From Pavona decussata (lineage: Eukaryota), in assembly GCA_977016875.1 (NCBI GenBank), contig CDRNST010000318.1:930001-994000 (forward strand): a stretch of DNA of 64,000 bases. The letters run 5' to 3'. Positions 1-12,504 of this stretch are shown one piece after another (the first letter of the stretch is position 1; the number at the start of each line of letters is the position of its first letter). The notes under the pieces are model-generated. The model was not told the origin of the DNA. It searched no databases and worked only from the letters and a program-made list of their open reading frames with translations. The position numbers and the translations under genes were made by a program.

Positions 1-50
1 TGTGTGGCTTGTCATGTTGCTCTCATTTGTCATACTTGTTGTTTTTACAG

Positions 51-145
51 GCACATGCTCTGGACCCTTGCTCTCTACAGGGTATGGATACATATGCGTT
101 TCTGATGTCACAGGGTGGCCATGGCAACAATGAAGGACTAGAAAA
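51..145 (+). CDS. ANAPC7: ANAPC7 internal exon (AHALDPCSLQGMDTYAFLMSQGGHGNNEGLE); gene begins upstream of the window
   Basis: tttttacAG acceptor and GTAAGT donor; resembles the vertebrate APC7 TPR segment (AQMLDPYLIKGMDVYGYLL); phase matches the next exon. Confidence 0.9.
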
Positions 146-733
146 GTAAGTTTCTATTGGGAAAGCTATGTGTGTACCAATTCCAGATAAGCTCCTAAAA
201 AACCTGGCCATTCAACATTTCCTGAAACTGCATGCTAAAAATTTTGAGGTTCAACAATCTCACAAGAGGTTACTTAACTTACACTTGTCTGTTAAACTCA
301 TCAACAATAGATGAGCTTGGGAGGTGGTGTCTAGAAGGTTGGTGGAGCCAGGCAGCAATCAGGCACGGAGAAGGAGGTATCCATGGCAACCCTGCTAGGG
401 GCCACCACCAACGGCACTGTCACACTGAACCCAATCAGTGCAATACTTACCAGACCCAATACTTACCAACGGGAGGGCAGAGAGGGGGGGGCTTGAAAAT
501 AAGGCATGCAAAATGACCTCTCTCACAGGCCAGCAAGCAAGCTAATGTGATGCAAGCCATGGGCGCCCCCAGCAGTGAGCTTAAAGGTTGCCCCTGAGCC
601 ATGACGAGAGGCGACCGCCGACCGGCATTGACCTGCCTTAACCTTGCCCAAATTACATTTAGCCATGAGCTTCACTGAAACCTCAGGTTTCTTATTCTGG
701 TTATCTTTTTGATTCTCACTTTTTTTCATTCAG

Positions 734-848
734 GCTTGCAAAGGACCTGATTCAAGTCACTCAGCTGAAACCTGAACCTTGGATTGCTATGGGTCATTTC
801 TGTAATGTGACCAGCCGGAAACCAAGAGCTGTGTATTTTGCTCAAAAG
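734..848 (+). CDS. ANAPC7: ANAPC7 exon (KLAKDLIQVTQLKPEPWIAMGHFCNVTSRKPRAVYFAQK)
   Basis: ttcattcAG / GTacct boundaries; matches APC7 AEPWVVSGCH..RALYLGAK. Confidence 0.9.
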
Positions 849-892
849 GTACCTGTACTTTGTAGCTTTGTGTGCACAATTAAACTCCCAAA

Positions 893-907
893 TCAGTCAG
901 CCAGCCA

Positions 908-938
<31 letters not shown>

Positions 939-1700
939 AACCAGCTAGTCAGTCAGTCGATCAGGCAGCTAGTCAGTCAGCCAGTCAGTTAATCAGCCAG
1001 CTCATAAGTCTGCCAGCTAGTCAGTCAGTTGGTCAGGCAGCTAGTCAGTCATACAGCCAGCCAGCCAACCAGTTAGTCAGTCAGTCAGTCAGTCTGCCAG
1101 CTAGTCAGTCAGTTGGTCAGGCAGCTAGTCAGTCATACAGCCAGCCAGCCAACCAGCCAACCAGCTAGTCAGTCAGTCAGTCAGTCAGTCAGTCAGTCAG
1201 TCAGTCAGTCAGTTAGTCAGTCAGTCGGTCAGGGAGCTAGTCAGTCAGACAGTCAATCGGTCAGCCAGTCAGCCAGTCAGCCTGTCAGTCAGTTAGTCAG
1301 TCTGTCAGCTAGTCAGTCAGTCAGACAGCCAGCCAGCCAGCCAACCAGCTAGTCAGTCAGCCAGTCAGTTAGTCAGTCAGTCGGTCAGGGAGCTAGTCAG
1401 TCAGACAGTCAATCATTCAGCCAGTCAGCCTGTCAGTCAGTCAGTCAGTCAGCTAGTCAGTCAGACAGCCAGCCAGCCAGCCAGCCAACCAGCTAGTCAG
1501 TCAGCCAGTCAGTTAGTCAGTCAGTCGGTCAGGGAGCTAGTCAGTCAGACAGTCAATCAGTCAGCCAGTCAGTCTGTCAGTCAGCAAGTCAGCCTGTCAG
1601 TCAGTCAGTCAGGCAGGCAGGCAGGCAGTCAGCCAGTCAGTAAGTCAACTTGTTAGTCAGCCACCTTGCCAGCCAGTCTCTCAATCAGTCAGTCTGTCAG
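893..1700. repeat. Imperfect (CAGT/CAGC)n tetranucleotide microsatellite in an ANAPC7 intron
   Basis: Visible agtc/agcc tandem units over ~800 bp. Confidence 0.95.
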
Positions 1701-1785
1701 ACATGATTAACTATGGCTACCAGTTGTAACATGTGCCTCTCACTTATGTGACCTGTGAAGTGTCTTCTTTAAATTGTATTTTTAG

Positions 1786-1831
1786 GCCCACACTATTGAC
1801 AGTCGCAATGTTCAAGCACTAGTTTTGAAAG
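1786..1831 (+). CDS. ANAPC7: ANAPC7 exon (AHTIDSRNVQALVLK)
   Basis: ttttAG / GTattg boundaries; matches APC7 AIQLNSNSVQALLLK; phases consistent. Confidence 0.88.
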
Positions 1832-2270
1832 GTATTGTACAGTTCAATACACCCCTGTAATTGATACTCATGACAGAGTATAGGTCATTAAATGTTTTCT
1901 AAAATTAATGCCTTTCCTATAAATATACCCCAACTTCCACTAGGAGAACCACTAGGAGTGCTTTCACATTTGTCAGAACTCTAAATCAAATGCGTCATTT
2001 TGAAGGGATGGTGCTGCAAAATCTTGGAAAATAATCACTCAGAAAATGGTACGTGTATTTTGAAGAAATTCGAAGGACTAGGATAAAATCTTATCCTTCA
2101 AATTGGTAAATTCCGTTTACGAATTGAACGATCTGGTCGGACAGTTTTGACAAATGGAAAAGCGTCGTAAAACTCACTTGATGATGGAGGAAACAATGTT
2201 GCATTGTACGAGTCCAGGGAAAATACAGAACTGATCAACAAATCACAAAAGAAAGCTAAAATCATAATCA

Positions 2271-2563
2271 GTCATTACTGAACAATACATCATTCTCATT
2301 TGTTCACCAGGCTTTAAATATTACATCACATTTCCTTTCATTGCTCATATGCCACTCGTTGACATTCCAATCCTAGCGGTATGCAGGATGTTTGTCCCAT
2401 GAACCGAGTTTAATGGCCTTAGCTCCCACGAGTCTCCTGTAGCTCAGTGGTAGAGCATCTGAACTAGTAATCGAAAGGTCTTAGGTTCGACTCCTGATAG
2501 AAGCACTCGGAATTTCTTTTGCCGAGTTTGCCTGCGTTATTACTGAATAATAATACATCATTC
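2271..2563 (+). mobile_element. tRNA-derived repeat with degenerate tRNA-like core (~2434-2506) between ~27-bp direct repeats
   Basis: A box TAGCTCAGTGGTAGAGC and B box GGTTCGACTCC; TTACTGAA..AATACATCATTC at both ends. Confidence 0.65.
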
Positions 2564-2695
2564 GCAGATTGATATTTGTTGTGGGGAACAAGGATCTCCT
2601 GGGTAACAGAGAATTTTGCTCGTGAGATCCAGATCTGAATTAGTTTTGCGGACCTAGATATCAGCTTTGTTATGTTACTTTGTGTTTTATTTCAG

Positions 2696-2791
2696 CGAGT
2701 TTACTGCAAGCTTTAGAGAAGCAACAGGAGGCTTTGTTACATTTCCGTGAAGCAGTTAAATTGGCTCCGTGGAACTTTGAAGCTCAAAGAG
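2696..2791 (+). CDS. ANAPC7: ANAPC7 exon (ASLLQALEKQQEALLHFREAVKLAPWNFEAQR)
   Basis: tttcAG / GTaaat boundaries; matches APC7 QEAIIHFREAIRLAP. Confidence 0.92.
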
Positions 2792-3132
2792 GTAAATTGT
2801 ACAATAGCCTTATTATCAGACCTCCCCAAGAAGAGCAGTGGCGGGAGATGAGGGGGGGGGGGGGGGGATTCTCGTCTCGAGAGACGAGATACTCGTCTCG
2901 CGAGAAGGTGAAAATACTGTAAGTGCATTTACTAAGGCTTGACTTTTTCGCGAGAGTTTCGCGAAAATGTCAAGTTGAGTGTCAGTCAGTGTAAGCGAAC
3001 GACGGCTTTATTATTAAACAGCTTCAACTACAGTCCTAGTCAAGGTATGTATACTAACCAATCCGTGCTCGCCTCCCTTCTTTCAACATTGAGAGGGCAG
3101 GCTGACGAGATCCGTCCCCCGTCCCAACAACT

Positions 3133-3461
3133 CCCGGGGCGGGGGGGTACTCCCGCGAATTTTGGATAAGGGTGTGCCGCGAAGTTTCTTGAAACCTAAC
3201 CCTATTTAAGGACTGCGAAAGCGAAAACTGATACCCTTTTTAAGGCCCAAACCCGGAAAATGACACCCTATTAGGCGGGCGTTTTCACACTCCATTATTA
3301 GATAATACAATTTCGCTACCCTATCTAAGGACCACACCAGGAATACCGTAACAAAAGGGTAAAAAAAGATACCCTATGTAAGGACCGAGAACCTCAAAAA
3401 CCATACCCTATTCCATGGCACTTACCTATATAGCCCATATTTAGGAATAACCCCACCCGGG
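3133..3461. mobile_element. Non-autonomous DNA transposon (MITE) with CCCGGG termini
   Basis: Inverted termini; 8-bp flanking duplication CAACAACT (3125-3132, 3462-3469); related right end at ~52970-53160. Confidence 0.7.
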
Positions 3462-3897
3462 CAACAACTGCAGCTAAGAATGGTATACCATTTTCACTGT
3501 CATTACAACCACTCACTGCCTTTGCTGAATTAAGTTATGGGAGGCGAGATTTTGCAAAGATAGAGGGTCGTGAAGGTAAAGGTAGCACGCGTCGCCGAAG
3601 GGGAGTTGGGTGGGTAAAAAACGTCTGAAATCCCAGGACGACGTAACTTGGCGAGAAGGACCAAAGAAGCAGGAATAGTTGGCTTAAATAGGCAGATGAA
3701 GTCCCGCGAGACACGGATAGCATTGACTTTAAAACACCGAGGCGTTACAAACATGCCAGCGTTGCGCGCAGGCTAGTTTCGTGGTTATTTAAACAGTGAG
3801 AATAGTGGTATTAACCTTAGTATATTAAGCGAGTCTTCTGGATGATTCCTTTACCATCTATTCTCTCCACTGTATTATTTTTTGTGTAACGTGTCAG

Positions 3898-3998
3898 GTC
3901 TTGTTGAGTGTTACATGGCCGCAAAAAGACACAAGGAGGCGCTGACAGTGGCAAAAAACGCCCACAAGACATTAGGAGCCAATCCAAGGACTTTAACG
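3898..3998 (+). CDS. ANAPC7: ANAPC7 exon (GLVECYMAAKRHKEALTVAKNAHKTLGANPRTLT)
   Basis: tgtcAG / GTacga boundaries; matches APC7 GLIECYLASNSIREAMVMANNVYKTLGANAQTLT. Confidence 0.93.
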
Positions 3999-4257
3999 GT
4001 ACGATTAACTATTTTGCTTGAATTGGCTGAGCGTAAGATCGCGCGCGCGAGAACCTCGCGAGTTTTCGCGCAACTTGCGATGCACCTCTCTCCGCGAGTT
4101 TAAGCCAGAAGTAATTTTTTGCGGCATCAAGCAAAGAACCATGCGATCCTAACTTTCACTTCCTTTAACGATGAAAATTTAGCTATATAACCGTATACTA
4201 ACTTTAACCGGAAACTCATAACGCCTTCTGATTAAGCTTTTGTGTTTCTTCATTTAG

Positions 4258-4302
4258 CTTTGTGCTTCAGTAATGGCTCACGAACCTGCTTCGTACGACA
4301 AG
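4258..4302 (+). CDS. ANAPC7: ANAPC7 exon (LCASVMAHEPASYDK), last exon before the ~33.8-kb intron
   Basis: catttAG / GTAGGT boundaries, phase 0; matches APC7 LLATVCLEDPVTQEK. Confidence 0.87.
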
Positions 4303-4549
4303 GTAGGTACAGAAAAACGCGTCGGAGAAAAAGATTGAGATTATTTAGTGGAGGGGTTTTGTTAGAAGCGGGTACCTGGGTTCTGACACCCATTTACCCT
4401 GAATCTTTGGAGAGATTTACTGAAGCCAGTCCGAACAAAACAAATTAATGAGTGGTCCCCGTCTATGCACCATTAGGGACTTTAAGCAACCACGACGTCA
4501 AAGCCAAAGAAAACGTCACTTAAAGATATATGTTGAACAAGTGGGGCCA

Positions 4550-4606
4550 GGGGCCCGTTTCTCGAAAGTCCCGGTACCTTACTGGGACTTTCGAGAAACG
4601 GGCCCC
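4550..4606. mobile_element. Internally deleted palindromic MITE (GGGCCCGTTTCTCGAAAG termini)
   Basis: Near-perfect hairpin; longer copy at 40195-40436; right ends at ~13300-13363 and ~15680-15746. Confidence 0.7.
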
Positions 4607-5925
4607 AAGGTCTGCAAAATAAATCTTCATGAATTAACAATGTACAGCCCGTCTGCCGTGGAAAATGTTTTGGCGGCAGAATTTCTTTGCTATTTCATTT
4701 CTTATAAGTCAGAAAATTGACAGGAGCAAATTTTGTAACGGCGGACAAATAAAACATGAAACGCATTTTCTTTTTTTTATTACATATTTATCTACTGTAC
4801 ACACTGCTTACGTGGTACTTTCTTATATTACTTACAACACTTCTTACGTTTACTTATACTGACAACTTTCAGAAATTACACACATGCATGCAATACTCTT
4901 ACACATGGCTGAAGAAAGAAGAAACACAATCTTTTGCCACTTTGCATAACTTCTGACAATTTTTGTTCCCTCTTGCGTGTTTGCTCGCTTTACTATGTCT
5001 AAGGAAATTACGTACTACTCGTAGCCCAGTTTCAATATTGTCGAGCTTTCTGTGTTTTCAAAGAACTTCTTACAACTTTTTACGAACGTTGTCAGTCATA
5101 CTAAGAGTGCATAGCATGCTGTTGTTTTCTTCCTTGTGAATCTACTCGATTGTATGGAGGCAGCGTATCAGAATCTACACTTTCCTTTAGTTTCTTCGGT
5201 TCCAGTAAGGAGCTCGATGTCGTGGAAAACCATATGATATTTGTCGAGTTGTTCGACCAGATTTTATGCTTCGACGATAAGTTTATGCACGAAATCATAC
5301 AAGCGTGTGAAAATGTGAATGGTAATGAACTAATTGCATAGGGTGAAACAGTTGATTACATAAAGAACGTAAGAGATAAATATGAAGCACAGCTTACAAG
5401 TTGCTGCGTTTTAGATTTATTACAATTCAACTAACATGCTAAGATGCAACACGGACATTGTCCAGTTGGCTTTTATCACTCTTTCTACATGCATCTTTTA
5501 TCTCCGTCTGTAATGATGACCAAATTCTTCTACCCTAAAAAACAAAAGTGGTCATTTTAGCCTTAGGCTACGACACGTTTTCTTGGACAGTTTAATAGTA
5601 AAATAAAGAATAAATTGAAAGGGGTAAAAATTTTCTAACTGTAAGAAATTTCGTGATATTTTCCAAAAAAGTGAACTTGTGACCGTAGGGGTATCTAGGC
5701 GCAATCAGAATCGTTAGCTATAACGAGGACTGGAAATTTCAGTTTTCAGCGCCAAAGAGTAGGAACCAAAAACAAGACTTCGTGTTCAAGATTTGAATCG
5801 ATACGCGATGTCGGCAACCATCGATCTATTCTCACTCTGCGGACAAATATACTACGGCTGCACATATATCGTAACAAGTCCACATGTAACTGAGAAATTC
5901 AGAATTGTGCCATTTCACTACTTAC

Positions 5926-6162
5926 TCAAGCTAGTCGTTCATCATTTTCTGTGGGTTGTTTTCTTTCATTTCTTTGTATTCCATATCGTCTTCGGGGTGC
6001 TAGCTGTGCTGGTACGGCGGCTTGTTCAACTGGTTGATTTGGCCTCTGCTGCACAACCAAGTTGTTGCTTTTCCGGCAAATCAAATAACACAGCATAATT
6101 CCAACAGTTAGTCCAAGAGCGAAGGCTAAAACCAAGACAGCGATGTCTTGAATGAGCATCAT
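5926..6162 (-). CDS. Small single-pass membrane protein family, copy 1 (78 aa, intact)
   Basis: MMLIQDIAVLVLAFALGLTVGIMLCYLICRK...KQPTENDERLA-stop; GTAAGT directly after TGA; CCAAT box at 6268; ORF conserved across paralogues. Confidence 0.7.
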   Translation of the reverse strand: MMLIQDIAVLVLAFALGLTVGIMLCYLICRKSNNLVVQQRPNQPVEQAAVPAQLAPRRRYGIQRNERKQPTENDERLA

Positions 6163-7234
6163 GTCTGCGTCCGTAACGGAATGCTGCACATATGCGGCAA
6201 AAAGTACCGTATCGCCGAAATGACTTTGAGTTTGGGGACGGACTTTTTACCGGGAACCAACTTTTAACCAATCAGATTGCATGTTTAGCTATGTTTATAT
6301 TGTTATGACGTACTCGGACAGTGTATTGTTGACTGTCTTTGTGGTTTCCACGTCTTCTTGCGTGGTCACTCATGGGTGGGATATCGATAACGTCTTCTTT
6401 CGTGGTTCGCTTGGTCACACATGGGTGGGATATTCCCGGGGGATATGGGGGATATTGTATTGTTCAGCACGTGTACGAATCGGCGAAGTTTTCGCGTTGA
6501 TTTACAAAAATCAAGAATCAAGAGTGAAGGCAAAAGTCAGTCAACTCGTCCCCTGCAGAATGGACATAATTTCTATAGGGCTAGCTTTTCTTCTCGCAGG
6601 TCGATTGGCCACGCAACAGACTGATCGTTAATTCATTAATATGTAATCAAGTTCTTCTATTTCTGTTTCGGTTCAATCAACACTGCCCTTGCTGTCTGCA
6701 GGTTAATTACAACAGTATTGCCTACGCGAGCACTTCTGGACACTTCTGAATTCTGGTGGATGAGGTCAAAATTAAAAATAGGTAGTCGAGGACTATATGA
6801 AGCTACTTCTGTAGGAAGGAAATAAAATAAAAGGCAGTCTATGACTGCATGTGGCTATCGCAGTAAAGAAGCAATGTTGTATAAAATTCAGAGGGGTTTA
6901 ATAATGAACTGCTCTAGTCAGTGCCAAAATTGTGCAGCTTAATTCGATCGTGTTGTCATATGGCCGAATTTGGTTTGCGCTGGAGGATTTCGGTTTGTTT
7001 ACACTTTAATGAACAGGGGACAGTAATAGATATCATATGGTTTGGCTCTCCCATGGTTTACATAAGATCGCATGGTGAAGAAATTCCGTGAATCAAGACA
7101 CACAGATAAACAGACAATAAGCTTTCTTAATAAATGAAAAATTTATTCAGACAGACCTGTGTTCACGCCTGTAAAGCAAATTCGTTTCAATTTTCGCCTC
7201 GAGTGAAGCTACGCGAGCTGCGAGTCACTAAACA

Positions 7235-8409
7235 CAGGGCTGCAAATAACTAACGGGCAGGCGCCGGTCACGTTGTCCGGTCAAACATGTTTTTGCTCGG
7301 ACACTACCCGTTTTTGGCCGGTCAAATTTTAACAGTCGTAACTCTTGCGATAGTGAACCTAGATTGCACAGTAATTCTTTTACAACTAAAAAAACAACAA
7401 CTGAATCTAAGTCGGTTTGGCAATAAAAATTACAAGTTAATAGTTTTACTTCTCTTTACTGCAGAAGAAGCCTCGCATTCAGTACGTGGAACGGTTACGC
7501 AAGCTACAACCGCAATTGTCCGTTTTACTTCACATCTGGCAAAATCACTCAATTAAATATTATACTTTGGCAATCGCCACATCATTTCTACAACTGAACT
7601 TTAAGTAAAATGTGAAGAATATATGAAAGCTGAAGGGTTCAATCGATCTCTTAATTAATTTGAAGAAAGAAGCTAACTGAAATGTAAACATAAACAAGAA
7701 ACACTTATATCGTCGAAAGGTTTCGATATTCGGCACTGTATGTAATTGTATTAAATGCATGGCTTCTTATTCCAGGTACAATTGTTGCGCTCGCTGACTT
7801 TCTTCCATTTAGAATCCCTTTAAGACAACCTTATTCTTCCACTTTTTGTGTTATACGCTCTATTTTTTGAGTTCATCGAGTGGTGAAATTATCAGAAAGC
7901 TTAGTAACCAAGCATGTTTTGCAGGGTGTGCCGGAAGTAACGTATGGTTTGTTCGCTTTTCGCACTTTGCAGCAAATGCTACGTGGAGTATTCTCGGTGC
8001 AGCAATATTATTCTTCGTGAGGGCGCTTTCCGATCATTCAATCAATCACTTTATTTAAGAGTCAATCATTGTATCTAACCAAAGGTAAAACCCTATACTA
8101 ATTGGGAACACTTAAAAGTAAATAAAATAACGAAAGACACAATGATCTGCGGTCGCGACAGGACTTGATGACATCGTGGAAGTTTGCGACTACCGGGAAT
8201 TTCTCGACCACTAATTTGTCTAGTTTTATATTCGTTTGTTTTTTCTTTCGGAAACATGAATGTTGTCCCTCGTGATTATCAAATAGAAAATTTCTCTGAA
8301 CGAGTCTGTAAAGGACCGGACAAGATGTCCGGCAATCTAAGGATTTGTCCGGTCAATACCCGATTTTGACCGGACATTGTCCGTTGACCGGCCGTAATTT
8401 GCAGCCCTG
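7235..8409. mobile_element. Non-autonomous hAT-like element (hAT5-type, judged from its 5-bp TSD)
   Basis: TIRs CAGGGCTGCAAAT...ATTTGCAGCCCTG; flanking AAACA duplication; subterminal ACCGG motifs. Confidence 0.7.
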
Positions 8410-8430
8410 AAACATGAACGAAGCCTAGTC

Positions 8431-10141
8431 GGCTCTGTGCTTTGCGAAACGGAACGAAATGGAAATCTGTACTTTGCGAAACGGAACGAAATGGAAATCT
8501 GTACTTTGCGAAACGGAAGGAAATGGAAATCTGTACTTTGCGAAACGGAACGAAATGGAAATCTGTACTTTGCGAAACGAAACGAAATGGAAATCTGTAC
8601 TTTGCGAAACGAAACGAAATGAAAATCTGTACTTTGCGAAACGAAACGAAATGAACATCTGTACTTTGCAAAATGAAAATCTGCACTTTGCGAAACGGAA
8701 ATCTGTACTTTGCGAAATGGAAATCTGTTGTTTGCGAAATGGAAATCTGTAATTTGCGAAATGAAAATCTGTACTTTGCGAAATGGATATCTGTTGTTTG
8801 CGAAATGGAAATCTGTACTTTGCGAAATGGAAATCGGTGCCATTATTTGACTCGGTATATTCCGTGTTCGAAATGCCAAAATATTCGGAAAATTCGGATG
8901 GTGCGAGGAAGCTTGGCGTTTTTGTTGCCAAAAATACATTCACCGGAAAATGTCACGTGAGGGATATTCAGTTAAAAATGAGCCGATAAAATACATTCTT
9001 CTGTTTTTGTTTTGTACACTCGAAAATGACGGCTTAAACAAATGTACGAACAAAGCATTTCTTTCAGAAGTCTTTGTTGTCTAAGTTAAGGGGCTACATG
9101 ATGTTATTTGGCGCCAAGTGCTCCTTTGGCGGAAGTTGACTGTACGTGCCCCTTTCAGCCGGTAGGATACCTAAAACTCCACGCAGTTGACTTTATTACC
9201 TTTGATTTTTTCCCTGTGGTAGCACATTTCAGTTTCTACGGTTTCTTCAAATGAAGGGAATGCTAGAACTTGTCGTTTTCGAGGTCTACGCTCAATGGGA
9301 GATGATAGATATCTCTTTGCTCAGATTTAACTTTTGCGTTCATTCCTGATCTAGCGATCTTGTTTTTCACTAGCTATTAGCCACAGCGCGTCACCCAAGC
9401 CGAAAATGCACTGGACAGTAATTGAAATACTCCGAGAGGGAGTTGGTACCTATTTCTTGCAAAGCCTATCTCTTTGTTTTTCGGTTGCAACTAACTTCTG
9501 CTAAAACCGGAAGCGGATTATGGGCTGGTGCACCATATACCAAGTCACCAGTGACGTCACTCCGTAACGAGAGACTGATGATTGGTAGTCTAACGGATCG
9601 GCGGCTCGTTAGTTCAATGGATCGTTGCTTCGGTGGATCGTTGGTTCGATAGATCGTTGGTCCGATAGATCGTTGGTTCGATAGATCGTTGGTCCGGTAG
9701 ATCGTTGGTTCGGTGGATCGTTGGTTCGATAGATCGTTGGTTCGGTGGATCTTTGGTTCGGTGGTTCGTTGGTTCGATAGATCGTTGGTTCGGTGGATCG
9801 TTGGTTCGTTGGTTCGATAGATCGTTGGTTCGGTGGATCGTTGTGACGTCACTGGTGACTTGGTATATGGTGCACCAGCCGGATTATGTCGGAATTTATA
9901 AATAGTCCTGCGACGATTGCGTGACCATAATACACCATGTAAATTTTCGAGGGGCCTGCGTTTTCGAGACACCCGGCTTCCTCGCGTCATCCGAATTTTC
10001 TGAATATCTTGTACAAGGAATATAGCGAGTCTTTTTATGGGTGGCAATTTCAAGCTGTTCAGATATAGCGTGTAAGTCAAAGTACAGATTTCCATTTCGC
10101 AAAGTACAGATTTTCATTTCGTTTCGCAAAGTACAGTAAGC
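8431..10141. mobile_element. Non-autonomous TIR element with subterminal ~32-bp and ~22-bp tandem repeats (8440-8833)
   Basis: TTTGCGAAACGGAACGAAATGGAAATCTGTAC array; inverted copies of the unit at ~10078-10140. Confidence 0.7.
9523..9880. mobile_element. Merlin-like MITE nested in the previous element
   Basis: 38-bp perfect TIRs starting GGCTGGTGCACC; 8-bp TSD GGATTATG; internal 16-bp tandem repeats. Confidence 0.75.
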
Positions 10142-10282
10142 TAAAACACAATTTCTCGTTTTTCGAAAATTTCGCCAAAGCTATTTGAAATATGACAAAT
10201 CGACCAATTTAACGTAAAGCACGGTAAAATTCACATTCAAACCTGTAGTATTTTGTAAAGTAGATTCTCAGGAGAAAACAAA

Positions 10283-10925
10283 AATTTCCGAGAACGTCTA
10301 CAGCTCATGTGATGATTTGCAGATCTTGTTTCCCATCGCACATGTTTCGCCTTGACATAATCTCGAACAGGCATTTCTCCGCTATGAACTCACTGATTTC
10401 CTCTTTTTAAGCATCCGAATGTTCCTTACAAGTTGTTCTTTTGATTTACAGTATTGCAAACCTGTAATTTCGTTTCAAGAACTACAAACTGCCACCATGA
10501 AAATTCACGCATGAAAGACGCGGCAGCCATTTTGAAAAGCGCTTTGCATTATTACTAAAAATAGATTCTGCCACTGAGACCCGCCGCATAGACTCAACAG
10601 ACCGCGTACCGGTGAGTGTACAATTTCCGAGAACGTTTACAGCTCATGTGATCTTGTTTCCCATCGCACATGTTTCGCCTTGACGAACAGGCATTTCTCC
10701 GCTATGAACTCACTGATTTCCTCTTTTTAAGCAGCCGAATGTTCCTTACAGGTTGTTCTTTTGATTTACAGTATTGCAAACCTGTAATTTCGTTTTAAGA
10801 ACTACAAACTGCCACCATGAAAATTCACGCGTGAAAGACGCGGCAGCCATTTTGAATAGCGCTTTGCATTGTTACTAAAAATAGATTCTGCCACTGAGAC
10901 CCGCCGCATAGACTCAACAGACCGG
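10283..10925. repeat. Local tandem duplication of ~310-340 bp
   Basis: AATTTCCGAGAACG...GACTCAACAGACC present twice head to tail. Confidence 0.85.
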
Positions 10926-12146
10926 TCAGTGTGAAATGCAGACTGGAGACGGGGGGTAGAATGCAGATTCGGGGTAAAATGCAAAATGCAGACTGAACAC
11001 TGCAGACCAAGGTTAAAATGCAGGCTAAATTATAAAGACTATCTTTTTAAAGTTAAAACACTCGAGGACTGGGTCGCGACCTCACAAGTCGGTTTTTAGC
11101 GATAAGGTACAAAGGTACCAAGGTTGGTATGACACCGTGATCACGTGGGAAGTCACATGGTCAAGTCAAGTTCGCGGTCTTTTGTCGCAAGATGTCGTCG
11201 GGAAGTGACGAGGAAGAAATTGCGGAAATTACTCGTGTTCAATTCGATCATGGCTTTGTACAATGAACTCCTGAATCTAATTTAACCGTTTTTTGCTTTC
11301 CTTTTTGCCATAAAACTGTCATAAGTATCCTTTCGATCGGCCCCCACGTTTGCTCGCCATGTTATTTTTTTACTTCACAAACCGCAATCACCGGCTCCCG
11401 GGCGCAACTTCCGAGCACATAGTAATTTACGGTAAATATTTTAAGTAACGCAATCGTAACGCAATATAAACTAAGCGGTCTACGATCGAATTGAACTCTT
11501 CTGGACCCTGTCTTTTCTGTTGGAAAATCAAGTTCACTTCAAAGCATTTGGTTTGCCAGTGACGTCATCACTGTCATAAAATTTCTCTCAAAGGCTTCTT
11601 ATGTTTGTTCCACCGATGTGGCCGGCTCTTCACTAATTAGCTCTATAGTGATCTTTTGCTTCCCTGTCCGCACTGCGCATGTGCTGACAAATGTTTGCGT
11701 TTTTACTCTCCACGCAGATTCTTTTTCAAAACTTTCTTCTTCAAAAGATTTCACTTTTGGAGATCGTTTGCAAAACTTTCCGGTTTTAAAAGATTTCACG
11801 GTAGAGATCGTTTTCGAAAAACGTTCCGTTTTGAATTTGGATTATATATACATCGCACTCGACTGCTCGCCTCCGCAAGGTAAAGATTACGGTGTTAGCT
11901 CTCTCGGTGAGCGCTTTTTTTGCTCTCAGAGCAAATGTCGGAATAAAATATTATTTAAATAATAACAAACAAAGATTACGGACTATGGCGCTAAGCAACG
12001 ACACCAGGATAAGGGATCCAATCAAATCTGAGCGTGCGCGCAACCAGGGGCGACCAGTATGAGTGCTTGTTATGCCGGTGAACGCACGAGACAGAGGTTC
12101 TTGAGCGCAAATCATTTGATGTTTGTTTCAAACTGTTTATTGTCAG

Positions 12147-12208
12147 GCGACCAGCATGTTGGAGAAGAGTTTGGCGCAAGACGAGACATACACTGACGCT
12201 GTTTGTTT
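12147..12208 (+). pseudogene. Truncated duplicate (5' ~62 nt) of the ANAPC7 exon at 38114, acceptor intact
   Basis: Near-identical to 38114-38175 plus upstream intron; lacks 3' half and donor. Confidence 0.9.
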
Positions 12209-12504
12209 TGCTCGCTTTACTATGTCTAAGGAAATTAGATACTACTCGTAGCCCAGTTTCAATATTGTCGAGCTGTCTGTGTTTTCACATGTTTTCTTTC
12301 TTGTTTTTTCTCGGTCATATGGAGGCAGCGTATCGGAATCTCATTTTTCCTTTAGTTTCTTCGGAGTTTTTCTTTTGCTCAAAAGTTTAACTATAAATAT
12401 ATTTTAACCTGCAGGGCATTATAAACTACACGGAAAGTTAACCTATTAATCACTGGAGTGTGAGCTATAATTATTGGGAACTGATTTAGCCGTTTCACTA
12501 CTTT

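Noticed and set aside
789-1352. S/Q/V-rich ORFs (SQSVSQPASQ)
   Set aside because: Translations of the CAGT microsatellite; the real exon ends at 848
8279-8989. Multiple long repetitive ORFs and a superficially CRISPR-like 32-bp array
   Set aside because: Head-to-tail repeats without unique spacers inside a TIR element; no cas genes; eukaryotic context
9466-10095. 209-aa ORF
   Set aside because: Runs through the 16-bp tandem repeats of a MITE; no domain signal
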